Notes: generated from the letters alone by a model not told the origin. A DNA stretch of 64,000 nt from a virus (IMGVR_UViG_3300035208_002849:32001-96000); one strand, 5' to 3'; positions 49,341 to 60,348 are shown, counted from the stretch's first letter. Numbers and translations are program-made.

Positions 49341-50896
49341 TAAAAAGGACTCCCAGAATCCCCATGATTCTGTTTGCTACTATCGGTATTAACTAATATA
49401 GTTTCTTCCGATCCTTTATTAACATCATTTCCAGTCTTAACAGTTGGTGCCCTTAATTCTTCCATCTTTTTACGCTGGGCTTCAATATCATCTCGTCTCT
49501 TAGATGGAGCAAGATCGGACCCATCTTTATCACTACGAGGCGAAAATGTCTCAACTTCACCACCGCTAGATAATTGTGCCTCTGAGTATGCTCTCATATC
49601 ATCTTCACTTGCGGTGCGAACACGCATATGACTATAATCGACTTTCGAGATACTGTTGATAGTATTTGGTCCAAATCGATTCTTCAGAATATTGTGAGAA
49701 AATAGAGCAAATGGTTTCATTTCGGGTGGCTGGTTGATAGTCATCATGAAATCAGCAGTATCATTGAGACCAGCACTACCAGCAACATGTTGCATCGAAG
49801 CTTCTTTGTTGCTATATCCATCACGATTCATCTGTGAAGCAGTCACCACAGCAATTTCACGAGCCTTTGCAAGGTCACGAAGCTGTTCCGCAATTTCTTT
49901 ACCCATTGTATACAAACTATGAGCGGCTACACTATTGGATCTCTTAGATGGTTTCATGATACCGATATAGTCAACTACGAGCAAATCAATATCGAATCCC
50001 TTCGTCCGTTTGACCTCGATGATTTCATTCTCAATGTCAACTACGGTGGCCGTAGTTGGAAGTGCTTTCACAACTAGATTACCAACCGAATGAGTATCTG
50101 CATCTGGGACTGTCTGTAAAAGTCTCTGAATATCTTCAGCAGAAGTGGCTCGAACTTCACCCAATGAAATATTAGTTACATTCGATGCAATGCGTTCCCA
50201 AATCAATTCTTCTGACATTTCGAGGGTAACATACAATACATTGTATCCCTTCTGATATGCAAACGCAGCTTCATTACATAGAACAATTGATTTACCCACA
50301 TTGGGCATACCAAGAAATATACTCAGAGCTTTACGATAATGTCCACCATACCCAGATCCGGTAGATGTAAACCTTCTCACATCAGCGAGTGCTGATGGGA
50401 TTGCACGTAAAGTCTCATTTAAACGTCTGAGTGCTTCAGGTGTATCTTCTACGACATCGATACCAACATCGAGGTTCATATTGAAATTCACCGAGTCCTG
50501 TAACTCTTTGATTATGGATGCGATATTAGTGAAATCTCTGTCATGAATTGCTTCAGCCGCATCAACCAATACTTTCTTCGTCTTTCGTTCCTTGAAAAAC
50601 TTCTCCAACATTTCCACAACGAAGTTGCGTTCCATTGGCTGTATATCAGCGTTGCAGATGTTAATCAGCTTGGATCGTTGACTACATGCAGGTAAAGCTG
50701 TTATAAGCTCCTGTGCCCCCGGATACCTGTTATTTGCCTTCTGGAAACGATTAATCCATTCGCATATCTTTCGGTTGTGGTCATCTTCGAATAAAGCAGA
50801 ATCTAAGTGTGGTGCAATTCGGTGCTGTAGAGAGTTGTCTTCAAAAAATTTTCTTATTACCAAGTCTTCGTTGGAAAGATCATATACTTTCAACAT
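49340..50896 (-). CDS. Replicative helicase (gp41/DnaB-like)
   Basis: GMPNVGKS, YVTLEMSE, VVDYIGIM, TASQMNR, TADF, LKNRFG. Confidence 0.92.
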   Translation of the reverse strand: MLKVYDLSNEDLVIRKFFEDNSLQHRIAPHLDSALFEDDHNRKICEWINRFQKANNRYPGAQELITALPACSQRSKLINICNADIQPMERNFVVEMLEKFFKERKTKKVLVDAAEAIHDRDFTNIASIIKELQDSVNFNMNLDVGIDVVEDTPEALRRLNETLRAIPSALADVRRFTSTGSGYGGHYRKALSIFLGMPNVGKSIVLCNEAAFAYQKGYNVLYVTLEMSEELIWERIASNVTNISLGEVRATSAEDIQRLLQTVPDADTHSVGNLVVKALPTTATVVDIENEIIEVKRTKGFDIDLLVVDYIGIMKPSKRSNSVAAHSLYTMGKEIAEQLRDLAKAREIAVVTASQMNRDGYSNKEASMQHVAGSAGLNDTADFMMTINQPPEMKPFALFSHNILKNRFGPNTINSISKVDYSHMRVRTASEDDMRAYSEAQLSSGGEVETFSPRSDKDGSDLAPSKRRDDIEAQRKKMEELRAPTVKTGNDVNKGSEETILVNTDSSKQNHGDSGSPF

Positions 50897-50936
50897 CGTG
50901 TTCTCCTTGCCTACAAATATACACAATTAAAAGAAA

Positions 50937-50961
50937 AAGTCGGGAAGTTTTTTCCCGACTT
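50937..50961 (-). terminator. Intrinsic terminator after uvsX
   Basis: AAGTCGGGAA-loop-TTCCCGACTT. Confidence 0.65.
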
Positions 50962-50999
50962 CATAGAACTATCTTGTTTATGAAAGAAAATGATATTTT

Positions 51000-52217
51000 T
51001 TAATCATTCATATCGAATTCATCACCTTCTCCGGTGGAATCGGAGTAATCTACATCTGCATCCACGTCAAGGCTCTCTTCTTCGTTGGTATCATCGTCAT
51101 TATAATCAAAGTCAATTGGCTTTGTTAACTTCAAACGACTCTTGACGTATTCATTGACTTCATCGAAAATGGTTCCGATAGTCGATTTCTTATGAATGTC
51201 AGTTTCTTTAACAACTAACCACTTATCAGGGGTCAATTTAGGGTCTTTGATGACATACCAGTTATGTTTACCAGCTTTTTCTGGACCAACAACACCTTTG
51301 GCATCGAATTTGGATGACCACTTTTCGAGTAAGTTAGCAGCAAGGGCAAATTCATGCACGCCATACCACTTATTGAGGCCCTTTTCCCATGCGAGATACA
51401 TGGAAGCTTCCTGACCATCAATACACAGACGACTTTTGATGTTCTTTGCAGTGATAAGAGTACCTTTACGAACGGTTCCTTCCTTGTACTGCTTTTTACG
51501 CATACTCAAGATTACAGAAGCAGCGTATAGACCACCACTACCACCAGCAACCGTATTCGGGTCACCGTAACCACCGATGTTCTTATATACGTGGTTAGTA
51601 ATCAAAAGAGGACAATCAAGCTGACCGAGACGAACAAGAACCGACTTATAGAAGTGTTTAAGTTCCTTCTGCAAGCCCATGTTGTTCACGAAGTTTTCCT
51701 TCTTGATATCTTCCTGACCCTTAAGGCTGTCCAACATACCCTGTGAGTCGATTACGAATGCACACTTGTTGGGATTTTCCTTTTTGGTTCCCATTGCTTC
51801 TTCAAGTTGTGTCAAGATCTTATCGAAGTTGACCTTTAGTTTTTCAACAATAGACTGGGTAACAATCTTGAAAGAACCTTCGGGAAGACCGAATGCAATA
51901 AGATCATCATCAGTCAATGCGTTTTCGGTATCAATGTAATAGATAAAATATCCAGCTTCTACCAGAGGACGTGCAAATCCGTAAATGGCGAAGAATGTTT
52001 TACCTACAGCTTGCTCACCAGCAAGCATCACAGCACGATTGCCCGGAAATCCTTTAGTCATATCCCCCGAAATGAGGGCATTGAATGTATATGAACCAGT
52101 ATCGATCCAGTGCTTGATTTCCTTTTTGCGTCCACTATCGGCCAGTCGGTCACCAGTCTTCACATTACTGAAGAAACTGAAATCGGGAGCATCATCTTTC
52201 TTTTTCTTTGGTGGCAT
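51000..52217 (-). CDS. uvsX: RecA-like recombinase UvsX
   Basis: DTGSY..NALISG, AGEQAVGKT, IDTE, IDS, TNHVY, GGSG..YAAS, KSR. Confidence 0.92.
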   Translation of the reverse strand: MPPKKKKDDAPDFSFFSNVKTGDRLADSGRKKEIKHWIDTGSYTFNALISGDMTKGFPGNRAVMLAGEQAVGKTFFAIYGFARPLVEAGYFIYYIDTENALTDDDLIAFGLPEGSFKIVTQSIVEKLKVNFDKILTQLEEAMGTKKENPNKCAFVIDSQGMLDSLKGQEDIKKENFVNNMGLQKELKHFYKSVLVRLGQLDCPLLITNHVYKNIGGYGDPNTVAGGSGGLYAASVILSMRKKQYKEGTVRKGTLITAKNIKSRLCIDGQEASMYLAWEKGLNKWYGVHEFALAANLLEKWSSKFDAKGVVGPEKAGKHNWYVIKDPKLTPDKWLVVKETDIHKKSTIGTIFDEVNEYVKSRLKLTKPIDFDYNDDDTNEEESLDVDADVDYSDSTGEGDEFDMND

Positions 52218-52278
52218 AATAAAAATTCCTTATATGTATACCTGAAAGATACGACATATAAATCTTCAATGCCCACAA

Positions 52279-53208
52279 TTATTTTAACAGATTTATACCA
52301 CCCTTTAATTCACTCAGAATTTTAGTTGAGTTGAATATTAGAGGGGTTATGAATATAGGGGTTCCTCTGTAGGATACCACATTATATGGAAGCCTTTCCC
52401 GACCTAGATTGATCGGTTTGGTTGTCAATAAGACATATGGTTCCGGTTTCTGTACCTTTTTTCCATGTGTATTTAATGAACCATTGAACTTCAATTCAAT
52501 TACAGGAACACCATCACGAACTCCAGTAACGATAACTCTAGCCTGTGTAGATCCATTATTGAAATTAACCACGTAATCAGCATCAATTCCATCATACACA
52601 TCTTGAATCAACCCAGTTGTAGGCTGCTTTATCATACGTAAGTAATTCTCAAGTTTTGCGTATCCAGTCAATAGATTCTTGTTTCCCTTGAATAAATGAA
52701 TTGTATTTAGATACCGTTTAATAATCGGTGCCAACATGTGTCCGTTATCAGTTGCAAGTCTATGCATGACTTTATGTATCATAGATGAGTTATCAGAAAC
52801 TTGTTGTTCAGCAAACGATATAATCTTCCCGATATTATCCTGAATACGATTCCCAGACAATTCATTGAATGGTCCTTTGAACTCTATAGAATCCACCACT
52901 GGAATATAGTTACTACCAAAATGCTCAAATCCATGAATTGCATTTCTGATATGATCTACATTCAATACGAAATCAAATGAATTCTTAACGATGTAAGTTT
53001 CGACACCCTTTGCGATAAGTCTAACACATGGAATTGAACTTTGTGCACCACGAGGATGATACATCTGAGAGAACTCAGCGGTCACGTATTTATATAGACC
53101 GCCATCCTTTTTTGTATATCCAAGTTCGGTGGCAATAGATAAATAATCACTCTGAGCATTATCAGTAAAAATTACCTGTGTATTCGAATCAATATTTTGA
53201 ACTATCAT
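52279..53208 (-). CDS. Hypothetical protein
   Basis: 309-aa ORF, ATGA-coupled to the giant gp25 gene. Confidence 0.7.
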   Translation of the reverse strand: MIVQNIDSNTQVIFTDNAQSDYLSIATELGYTKKDGGLYKYVTAEFSQMYHPRGAQSSIPCVRLIAKGVETYIVKNSFDFVLNVDHIRNAIHGFEHFGSNYIPVVDSIEFKGPFNELSGNRIQDNIGKIISFAEQQVSDNSSMIHKVMHRLATDNGHMLAPIIKRYLNTIHLFKGNKNLLTGYAKLENYLRMIKQPTTGLIQDVYDGIDADYVVNFNNGSTQARVIVTGVRDGVPVIELKFNGSLNTHGKKVQKPEPYVLLTTKPINLGRERLPYNVVSYRGTPIFITPLIFNSTKILSELKGGINLLK

Positions 53209-56200
53209 ATATTAGCTTCTCCGTTTCGCATAGATTTGAGGGAAATACCAATAACTCGTACACTACCGGATGGGACCAGTACTTTCAGAATAACCTTCGC
53301 ATCATTTTTGTCTGGATCGAATGATATAAAGGAGTCTTCCTCAACTATAGTGATACGAGGTTCAAATCGTTTTACTGCATCGACTATGCTTCGGATACTT
53401 TTCAACTCGAATTCATTTACATCATAAATAATGTTGTGTATGAAATCTTCTATATCAGTACCAAACTCTGGGTTAAATATGCGTTCACCGACACGAGTAA
53501 GCACAATGCTATATAGATTCTGAATCATACTATTTTCATCAACGATTTCAGAATATCCCGAATATCCCAAATCACGATTATATATAGCTGTACGTTCGGC
53601 ACCTCGTTCAAACGGAGATATACGACCAGAATTAGTAGTGGCTTTACCACGTTTATTTCTAGTGGCTGTATCCTGATTATCAATGAATTCTTCATTCTCA
53701 TAGAGAACGGTGAATTGATAGATATTGGATAGAGAACATTCTTCATACCCAGTATTAGTAGGACCAGTCTCAACTTGCACTGGACCACTAGTAGCACCGA
53801 ATGGAACGATCACCTGAATTGCACTTCTATTACCACCTACCACAGTTCCTACGATTCCATTAAAGGTTACTATGTTATTAACAGGAACGGGATTAAACTC
53901 ACCCAACGTAGCAGTAACAGTAACAAGACCACCAACATATTCAGAACTTGGTGATACTGAAATATATACAGGACATCCCGTCACAACATTGACTTGTCGA
54001 ATGGCAATCGATGAATTACCACATGGATCACTGGCAGTGTATGCAATATAATATGTACCCAGTACATTAGTATTAACGATACCCTGAGTAACGATACTGG
54101 AAGTAACATCACCATAGATGTTGTCAGTTGCCGTAGCACCGAGTTCAGTATAGCTTTCACCTTGAATAACTTCCATAATCTGATCGCCAATAATATTGAT
54201 GATCGGTGGAGTATTATCAAGAATCCCAGTAAGGGTGTTACTAATCATAGTAAGGCTATCTTGATTAACGGTCAGCGTGAAATTGAAATTACCATCAGGA
54301 GAACCAGATGCCACATATGCATTGATCGTAGTCATCGTTGATGATGTAATGCTTACTAGTGGATTCAAGAACTGACGATTTATGAACGACTCTTGTGCAA
54401 GATTAAGTCCAGTGAAATACACTTCTGAGTTATTGCTAATACATTCAGGGGTAATTGATGTAAGAACGGGCGGTTGAATGTAATTATTGTTGTCATCTAG
54501 ATCTCGTGCGTAAATGGTCATTATACCATCACCCAGTGAATCAACCGTTATTGTAAATGTTATCCCATCAGCAACTGAAGTCAGATTGCCAACCACGCCG
54601 AATGTAGAGTTCTCAATACTACCTTCAACAAACACACCAGCGGTGTAATTATTAGGAGCTTCAACTGGGTCAATGTTATCATCAATAACATGAACATTAA
54701 GTACAAAATTATTCTGATCCGTGATTGTATATCCAGTCACCTCGATGAATGGAGTTTCCACTGGAGGAACATCAGCAGTGGCATATGAACTATTACCAAG
54801 CTCATCAGCAGCATCAACACGGAATGTACCAACACCAGTGATATGTACTTCATAAATCAATACACGACCATCACCATTTACATCAACGATAGGAGTTGCA
54901 GTCTGTGTACCATTAACAAATGAAACTGAACTCTGGTCAATTGGGTAAATATCCGAAATTGTTACATTGATATCGACACCGGAACCAACGATAGTATCAA
55001 TCTCGAATTTAGGTGGGTAATCATCAAGTCTGATATGCGATAAATTTCCATAATCAGAACTATCGAATCCATTTTTCTGTACATACAAAGGAGTACTGTA
55101 GTTGTATACTACCATATTCATATCGACCGGAGATACATCCAATCCCAAAGCAGTTCCCATATATGTTGTTGATATCTGAATCTCAGTATCACTCCCGATC
55201 TGAGTAGCCGCAACTACGAAATACAGACACCCAACAAGTAGTGGATCATTCATATGATTGCCAGTAGAATTAAATACGATATTATCACCTATTTTTAATT
55301 CTGAATTAGCCACCAAAATAGTATCAGTGACATCATTAACACTTATCACATCGTATTCCAATTGTGTACCCGATGGAATTGAAATCGTAAATAGATTATT
55401 CCCAGCATCAATATCACCAATACCAACACTCTGAGTAATACCACCAGATATGACACCACCAGTAAGAAAATCATCAGCGATTATAGCTGTTAATGGACTA
55501 TCCACATTAAATCCAACTATATCAACAGTCATACCAGAAGTAACTACTTCACATGGTATACCACTCTCATGTCCATAATGATACATAAGCAATGGAGGTG
55601 CAATAATCGAACTTTGATTTCCAGTAGCATCCTTTACCGAAACATCGAAATAACCATCATCAAGGTCATTCAAAACGAAATCAAATGAAGTTTGGGTGGA
55701 TGGAGACTTAACTATGTTCGTAGGAGTTACTATGGTATGCGAAGCAGTTTTTCGAATAATTAAATCAGCGGGATCATCTGACATTTCAACATCATCAATA
55801 CCAACAGCCGATACTTCAATAACATTATACTGAACTATCACACCACCATTATCAATAACAACTGACGTATTACCCGGAATATTTATATAGAATGCATTAG
55901 TTGTGGGTGAATATCCGCCTCCTAATACGGAAGTTCCAAATGCTTGATAAGTTGGCGTAATAACATCTACCAGATCCCCAGCAGACATATGATGAGCAGT
56001 TCCCATATCCACCAGAATATTTCCAACACCATCACCTTGTGATGTAACAACTGATAGCGTATTCGTAGCATTTGTCAAATGAATAGTCGGCGGATATTGG
56101 TCAGCAACCACACCCGAACTCACTACAATATATGGTTTGTATTCGACAGTCTCACTACTCCAATACACATTACTCTGACTATTTACTGTGGCTACTTTCA

Positions 56201-57728
56201 CAAATCCCACATCAGGAACATGCTCTCCAGTAATCCAAGAACTGATCTTATCAACGTCAACATCGAATTTAGTATAGGTATTATTTTCACCAGTTGACAC
56301 GTTAATAAAATTATATAAACCAATTGGGTCTGCCTCATCAATTAAAGGGTTAATTGTATCCCAAGTGTCCGAATTCGACCAGCTATCAGAAGTCATTTGA
56401 TACAATGTCATCACCGCATCGCCATCACTACCAGATGCATAGATTGCATTTATTTCAGCAAAAATAAGTTCTGACAATGGTATACCAGCAATAGGGAATC
56501 GGAATACCATTCGCTGGTAATTAGGTGGAGTATTTGACGCAAAATTTCTAACAAGCAACTGAGTCGATGCACCATAATCATTTGCAATAAGGTTATCAAT
56601 ATACGTGTCCTTATCAGCATATCGCAAATATGTGAAAGATGTATGATCGTCATATAGTAACGGCTCATATCCAGCAATGTAATTTACTGATATCGCACCA
56701 GAAGGTGGTTTACTCGAATACAAAATTCGACCAACGGTTTCCAATGTACTTGATGTATTTCCGGTTATAGTACATACAACAGATGTGCTACTATTTCGTG
56801 TAATTACAGTTAACTGAGCACCATCATAATTACTCGTACCCTCAATTGCAATTACATCATCAACTTGAAGAGAGTGGTTACGAGCAGTTTCAATTGTAAC
56901 AGATCCAGCACCATCGCCCTGAATAGAAGTTATTGCTTGTTCATATACGAACACTTCCCAGAATTCAACTCTACCAGTTGAACTATGTGTGGCTGCGGTA
57001 ACTTCATGTTTCGTTATATATTGGAATGTACTAGCTCCGGTAACAGTAATGGTGAATGTACCTTCATATCGCTCACCAGCATTACCAAATTGGCGAGGGT
57101 CAGAATTCAATCCTGTAATAAACACAGCATCACCAGTTGAAAATCCATGACTACCACTGGTTGTTACGGTTACGACATTACCAACGGATGAGATTGATGA
57201 CATATTTATGGTACGTGTGTTATCTCGTTTCTCAAATACCCATGTCAACGGATTAGTAGCGGTCGTACTGGCTTCAATAAATGAATATGATTCACGAGTA
57301 TCATTATATCGACCCAATTTGTGATCGCCATTCCAATATCCCATGAGTTTTCCGCTTCCTTGGTAGGTAAGCGGAGTCGATGCATTCAGCGTGGCCGTAG
57401 GTAGCCATGCAATTACTTCAGATGCAAATTTATTCGTGTCAATACGAGGAGGACGAATATCATTCATCCAATCATCATACCCAGCACTTAGGATCTGACC
57501 AACAGCAGCACCCTGAAAAATTTGAAATTCTCGCAAAGCGTAATATCCAATATCGGACAATACAGTGAGGGAATAATGGTGATTAAAGAAGCCTCTTAGA
57601 CGAAAATCCTGCAAATCATACGAACCATCATCAATACGCTCAAATGCAAATTCGAGACCATACTTAGTATAGTCTCCGGTAGTTCCATCAATCTGACTAC
57701 CAGTTTCAGTAATTCTAATTTCTAACAT
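53205..57728 (-). CDS. Giant multidomain virion protein with C-terminal gp25 (sheath initiator) domain
   Basis: C-terminal QNLYSIVLTRVGERIFNPEFG..AVKRFEPRI; Ig-like DUF5011-type, IPT/TIG-like, DNRLRE/CBM-like and HGFSTGD modules; late promoter at 57750-57758. Confidence 0.8.
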   Translation of the reverse strand: MLEIRITETGSQIDGTTGDYTKYGLEFAFERIDDGSYDLQDFRLRGFFNHHYSLTVLSDIGYYALREFQIFQGAAVGQILSAGYDDWMNDIRPPRIDTNKFASEVIAWLPTATLNASTPLTYQGSGKLMGYWNGDHKLGRYNDTRESYSFIEASTTATNPLTWVFEKRDNTRTINMSSISSVGNVVTVTTSGSHGFSTGDAVFITGLNSDPRQFGNAGERYEGTFTITVTGASTFQYITKHEVTAATHSSTGRVEFWEVFVYEQAITSIQGDGAGSVTIETARNHSLQVDDVIAIEGTSNYDGAQLTVITRNSSTSVVCTITGNTSSTLETVGRILYSSKPPSGAISVNYIAGYEPLLYDDHTSFTYLRYADKDTYIDNLIANDYGASTQLLVRNFASNTPPNYQRMVFRFPIAGIPLSELIFAEINAIYASGSDGDAVMTLYQMTSDSWSNSDTWDTINPLIDEADPIGLYNFINVSTGENNTYTKFDVDVDKISSWITGEHVPDVGFVKVATVNSQSNVYWSSETVEYKPYIVVSSGVVADQYPPTIHLTNATNTLSVVTSQGDGVGNILVDMGTAHHMSAGDLVDVITPTYQAFGTSVLGGGYSPTTNAFYINIPGNTSVVIDNGGVIVQYNVIEVSAVGIDDVEMSDDPADLIIRKTASHTIVTPTNIVKSPSTQTSFDFVLNDLDDGYFDVSVKDATGNQSSIIAPPLLMYHYGHESGIPCEVVTSGMTVDIVGFNVDSPLTAIIADDFLTGGVISGGITQSVGIGDIDAGNNLFTISIPSGTQLEYDVISVNDVTDTILVANSELKIGDNIVFNSTGNHMNDPLLVGCLYFVVAATQIGSDTEIQISTTYMGTALGLDVSPVDMNMVVYNYSTPLYVQKNGFDSSDYGNLSHIRLDDYPPKFEIDTIVGSGVDINVTISDIYPIDQSSVSFVNGTQTATPIVDVNGDGRVLIYEVHITGVGTFRVDAADELGNSSYATADVPPVETPFIEVTGYTITDQNNFVLNVHVIDDNIDPVEAPNNYTAGVFVEGSIENSTFGVVGNLTSVADGITFTITVDSLGDGIMTIYARDLDDNNNYIQPPVLTSITPECISNNSEVYFTGLNLAQESFINRQFLNPLVSITSSTMTTINAYVASGSPDGNFNFTLTVNQDSLTMISNTLTGILDNTPPIINIIGDQIMEVIQGESYTELGATATDNIYGDVTSSIVTQGIVNTNVLGTYYIAYTASDPCGNSSIAIRQVNVVTGCPVYISVSPSSEYVGGLVTVTATLGEFNPVPVNNIVTFNGIVGTVVGGNRSAIQVIVPFGATSGPVQVETGPTNTGYEECSLSNIYQFTVLYENEEFIDNQDTATRNKRGKATTNSGRISPFERGAERTAIYNRDLGYSGYSEIVDENSMIQNLYSIVLTRVGERIFNPEFGTDIEDFIHNIIYDVNEFELKSIRSIVDAVKRFEPRITIVEEDSFISFDPDKNDAKVILKVLVPSGSVRVIGISLKSMRNGEANI

Positions 57729-57789
57729 TGGAAAACGCTGTTTTTCTATAGTTTATAAGAAAAATACGTTTCTTTTGTTACCGATTTCG

Positions 57790-58569
57790 TTAAAACTGAA
57801 TCTTAGAAAGATATCTATCTGATATTTGTTTGTAGTTGGTGGCTGCGGTTCGGGTATAATCTTGCCATTTACCATTACCAAGAAGGGTGAGTACGCCATC
57901 ACCAAGTCGATCATAAGGCAATTCGATGATTGAATTCCCTAAATAGTTATATTCACTCTTCTCACTCACTACACACCGAGAATTGATAACAGGATAGAAC
58001 ATACGAACTTGTTCCTGTTTCGCATTGTCGCTTCCATGCACATTCAAAATGATTTTGCTTCGAGCAATGTATGAGTCCAGTTCCTGTCCCCACACTCCAT
58101 ACAAATCAAATAGTTTGTATCGACCAGCAAGTTTCTGCTGTAAATAAAACACCAACTTGGCTCGTCTCTCATGTAGATATCCATAAAACAGAATATCGAT
58201 GTCAGGTGATGGATTCGATGGAATCACTTGAAGTGACCTAGTATACAGCATGGGTACGAACTTAGCATTGAGTTTGAAATTTTGACGCAACCACTGTATG
58301 TTGGCATAGTCATAGTCCCAAATTTCATGAGCCTGTTTCAGCATCTCGTATGCATGACGATTCGCCCAATAAGAGCCATCAAATAACTGTTCTAGTTGAT
58401 AGATAATGATCCGATACCCCGGATACTTCTGACGCACATCATTAAGATCTTTCAGTACATTATATCCAAGAACAAAAACGGTTCGATTGTACGCTGGATT
58501 CGATCCTACGTATTCACGCAACATTGCTTCGACATGGTCGAATACATGATTATAACGATAGACTTCCAC
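57790..58569 (-). CDS. Glycosyltransferase (GT-B, Glyco_trans_1-like)
   Basis: DIDILFYG...RR, ARSKIILNVH, EQVRMFY..SRCVVSE. Confidence 0.75.
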   Translation of the reverse strand: MEVYRYNHVFDHVEAMLREYVGSNPAYNRTVFVLGYNVLKDLNDVRQKYPGYRIIIYQLEQLFDGSYWANRHAYEMLKQAHEIWDYDYANIQWLRQNFKLNAKFVPMLYTRSLQVIPSNPSPDIDILFYGYLHERRAKLVFYLQQKLAGRYKLFDLYGVWGQELDSYIARSKIILNVHGSDNAKQEQVRMFYPVINSRCVVSEKSEYNYLGNSIIELPYDRLGDGVLTLLGNGKWQDYTRTAATNYKQISDRYLSKIQF

Positions 58570-59207
58570 TATTTAATTCCTTCAGCATATGTCACAAGTA
58601 ATCCGTGACGGAAACATTTTTTCGAGAATTCATTGGTATAATCTCTACCGATGAATCCATTGACAGTCTTCCACGTACTGCGTTCAGTGAATAACACACC
58701 ATTTCCAAACCCATCACCATCCAGTGAACGAACCACTGTATTGTGCTCGACTTGCCATCGAATATGGTCACCAAGTATTTTATGTTTGGCATTTTCAGTA
58801 CATACACCACCCAGTTTCCGTTTGAAATCGTAATCATGATAAATAGTTACGAACTTTAAAAAACATTCAGTGTCTTCGATGCCAATATCGGGTTCCACCA
58901 CCGAAATGAACTGTAAATCTGGATTATCATGAATTACATCATTAATCATTCGAGTGGGATCAAATGTAAGGTCATCTACAATCAACTCCACACGATCAAA
59001 AATTGGTATGGTTACTGAATCACTTGAATATTCATTGATGTAAGCTTCGACAAATGACTTAAACGACTCTCGCATTCCGGTAACACAAATAAATAATCTT
59101 GGTTTTATTCCTGTGTATGACATTGAAGTCAATCGCATCAATGTTTTCGCAACCGATTCTTCTGAATAATACACTGGAACAAAAATACCAAGATTACACA
59201 TTTCCAT
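58569..59207 (-). CDS. Degenerate GT2-like protein
   Basis: IFVPVYY, VVEPDI, WKTVNGF motifs. Confidence 0.5.
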   Translation of the reverse strand: MEMCNLGIFVPVYYSEESVAKTLMRLTSMSYTGIKPRLFICVTGMRESFKSFVEAYINEYSSDSVTIPIFDRVELIVDDLTFDPTRMINDVIHDNPDLQFISVVEPDIGIEDTECFLKFVTIYHDYDFKRKLGGVCTENAKHKILGDHIRWQVEHNTVVRSLDGDGFGNGVLFTERSTWKTVNGFIGRDYTNEFSKKCFRHGLLVTYAEGIK

Positions 59208-59856
59208 CTCCTAATCTCTCAACTTGATTTAGTGGATTATTTTTCAATGGTTTACCTTCATTGTCATAATAAGCATTCGAATATGGATTCTCATCGAGTC
59301 CTTCTACGGGTTCTTCCAATTCATGGGATTTATCAACCTGATCTTGGAATTTTTGAATCCGAACTTCGAGATAATCAATCGAAACATCAATCAAATCTTG
59401 ATCATCAATTATCAACTGCTCAATGTCATAGGTTTCATTATTCACCATCTCGATAGCAGCCGCCAATGCTCGTTTGTATCCAAACGCATATATACCATAT
59501 GCGTATCCTTTGGAATTACAACATTCCCCAATATGAACAACTGATGAATTATCACCTTCCGCAAACAGAGTTTCGAATGTCTGTCCATTTGGGTGAATAT
59601 CACCACTTGTAACCATAAGATTGTTATCAAGTGATAATTGCATGGCATATGGCGTAACGAAAAACAATGCAGTGTCTTCATAGATCATACAGAACACGAT
59701 TTCAGTTGTCACCATATATTCATGATACGAGGAAAAGAGGAAGGTGTATAAACCCTCCTCATCCGTTTCAGTCAAACGATTGAACTCATCTTTGAATTCT
59801 TGTCGCAGCTCGACCATGTCGTCATTGTAAAACGCTATTATACCACGATCTATCAT
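59194..59856 (-). CDS. Hypothetical protein
   Basis: 220-aa coupled ORF. Confidence 0.65.
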   Translation of the reverse strand: MIDRGIIAFYNDDMVELRQEFKDEFNRLTETDEEGLYTFLFSSYHEYMVTTEIVFCMIYEDTALFFVTPYAMQLSLDNNLMVTSGDIHPNGQTFETLFAEGDNSSVVHIGECCNSKGYAYGIYAFGYKRALAAAIEMVNNETYDIEQLIIDDQDLIDVSIDYLEVRIQKFQDQVDKSHELEEPVEGLDENPYSNAYYDNEGKPLKNNPLNQVERLGDGNV

Positions 59857-60182
59857 ATGATTTTCTTGAAATATGTGAAAATCTTCTGAAGCATCACATT
59901 ATTCTTGTTGTCTTCGACATCCAGCAATTTGACATAATGTTTCATCCCTTCAATTACAGCAGGAGGAAAACGTTCATACTCTACGGTATAGTTTTCGTCA
60001 TTACATGTAAATGTACCAGCATCGAGATCCACAGTCACATTATACTGCTCAGCTTCTGTCGAACTGATCTCGATCTGATCGATAAAAGTATCAATATTGA
60101 AACGAAGATGCACTGTACATGGCAACTTACGGCAGTACATGCTAAGGTAGTATCGATCTTCGAGGGTAAGCTGTTTGCTCAT
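59853..60182 (-). CDS. Hypothetical protein
   Basis: 109-aa coupled ORF. Confidence 0.65.
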   Translation of the reverse strand: MSKQLTLEDRYYLSMYCRKLPCTVHLRFNIDTFIDQIEISSTEAEQYNVTVDLDAGTFTCNDENYTVEYERFPPAVIEGMKHYVKLLDVEDNKNNVMLQKIFTYFKKII

Positions 60183-60189
60183 GGTTTAC

Positions 60190-60348
60190 CTACTTTATGT
60201 TACGGTTAAATTCTTCATATAAGGAAATCAACATTGCAAATAGCATAACGACTGTTAAAATCGCTCCACTGATTAATGCAATCGGAATCACAATCATTGC
60301 ACTCAATAAACTTTTCATTAGTTCAATCAGGATGGATAGTATACGCAT
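60190..60348 (-). CDS. Small membrane protein (52 aa)
   Basis: Translated by hand (MRILSILIELMKSLLSAMIVIPIALISGAILTVVMLFAMLISLYEEFNRNIK); GAGGA RBS. Confidence 0.55.
   Translation of the reverse strand: MRILSILIELMKSLLSAMIVIPIALISGAILTVVMLFAMLISLYEEFNRNIK

Noticed and set aside
34525-52217. Inteins or introns in PolB, helicase, primase or UvsX
   Set aside because: ORFs are continuous, near expected size, and lack intein termini or LAGLIDADG motifs
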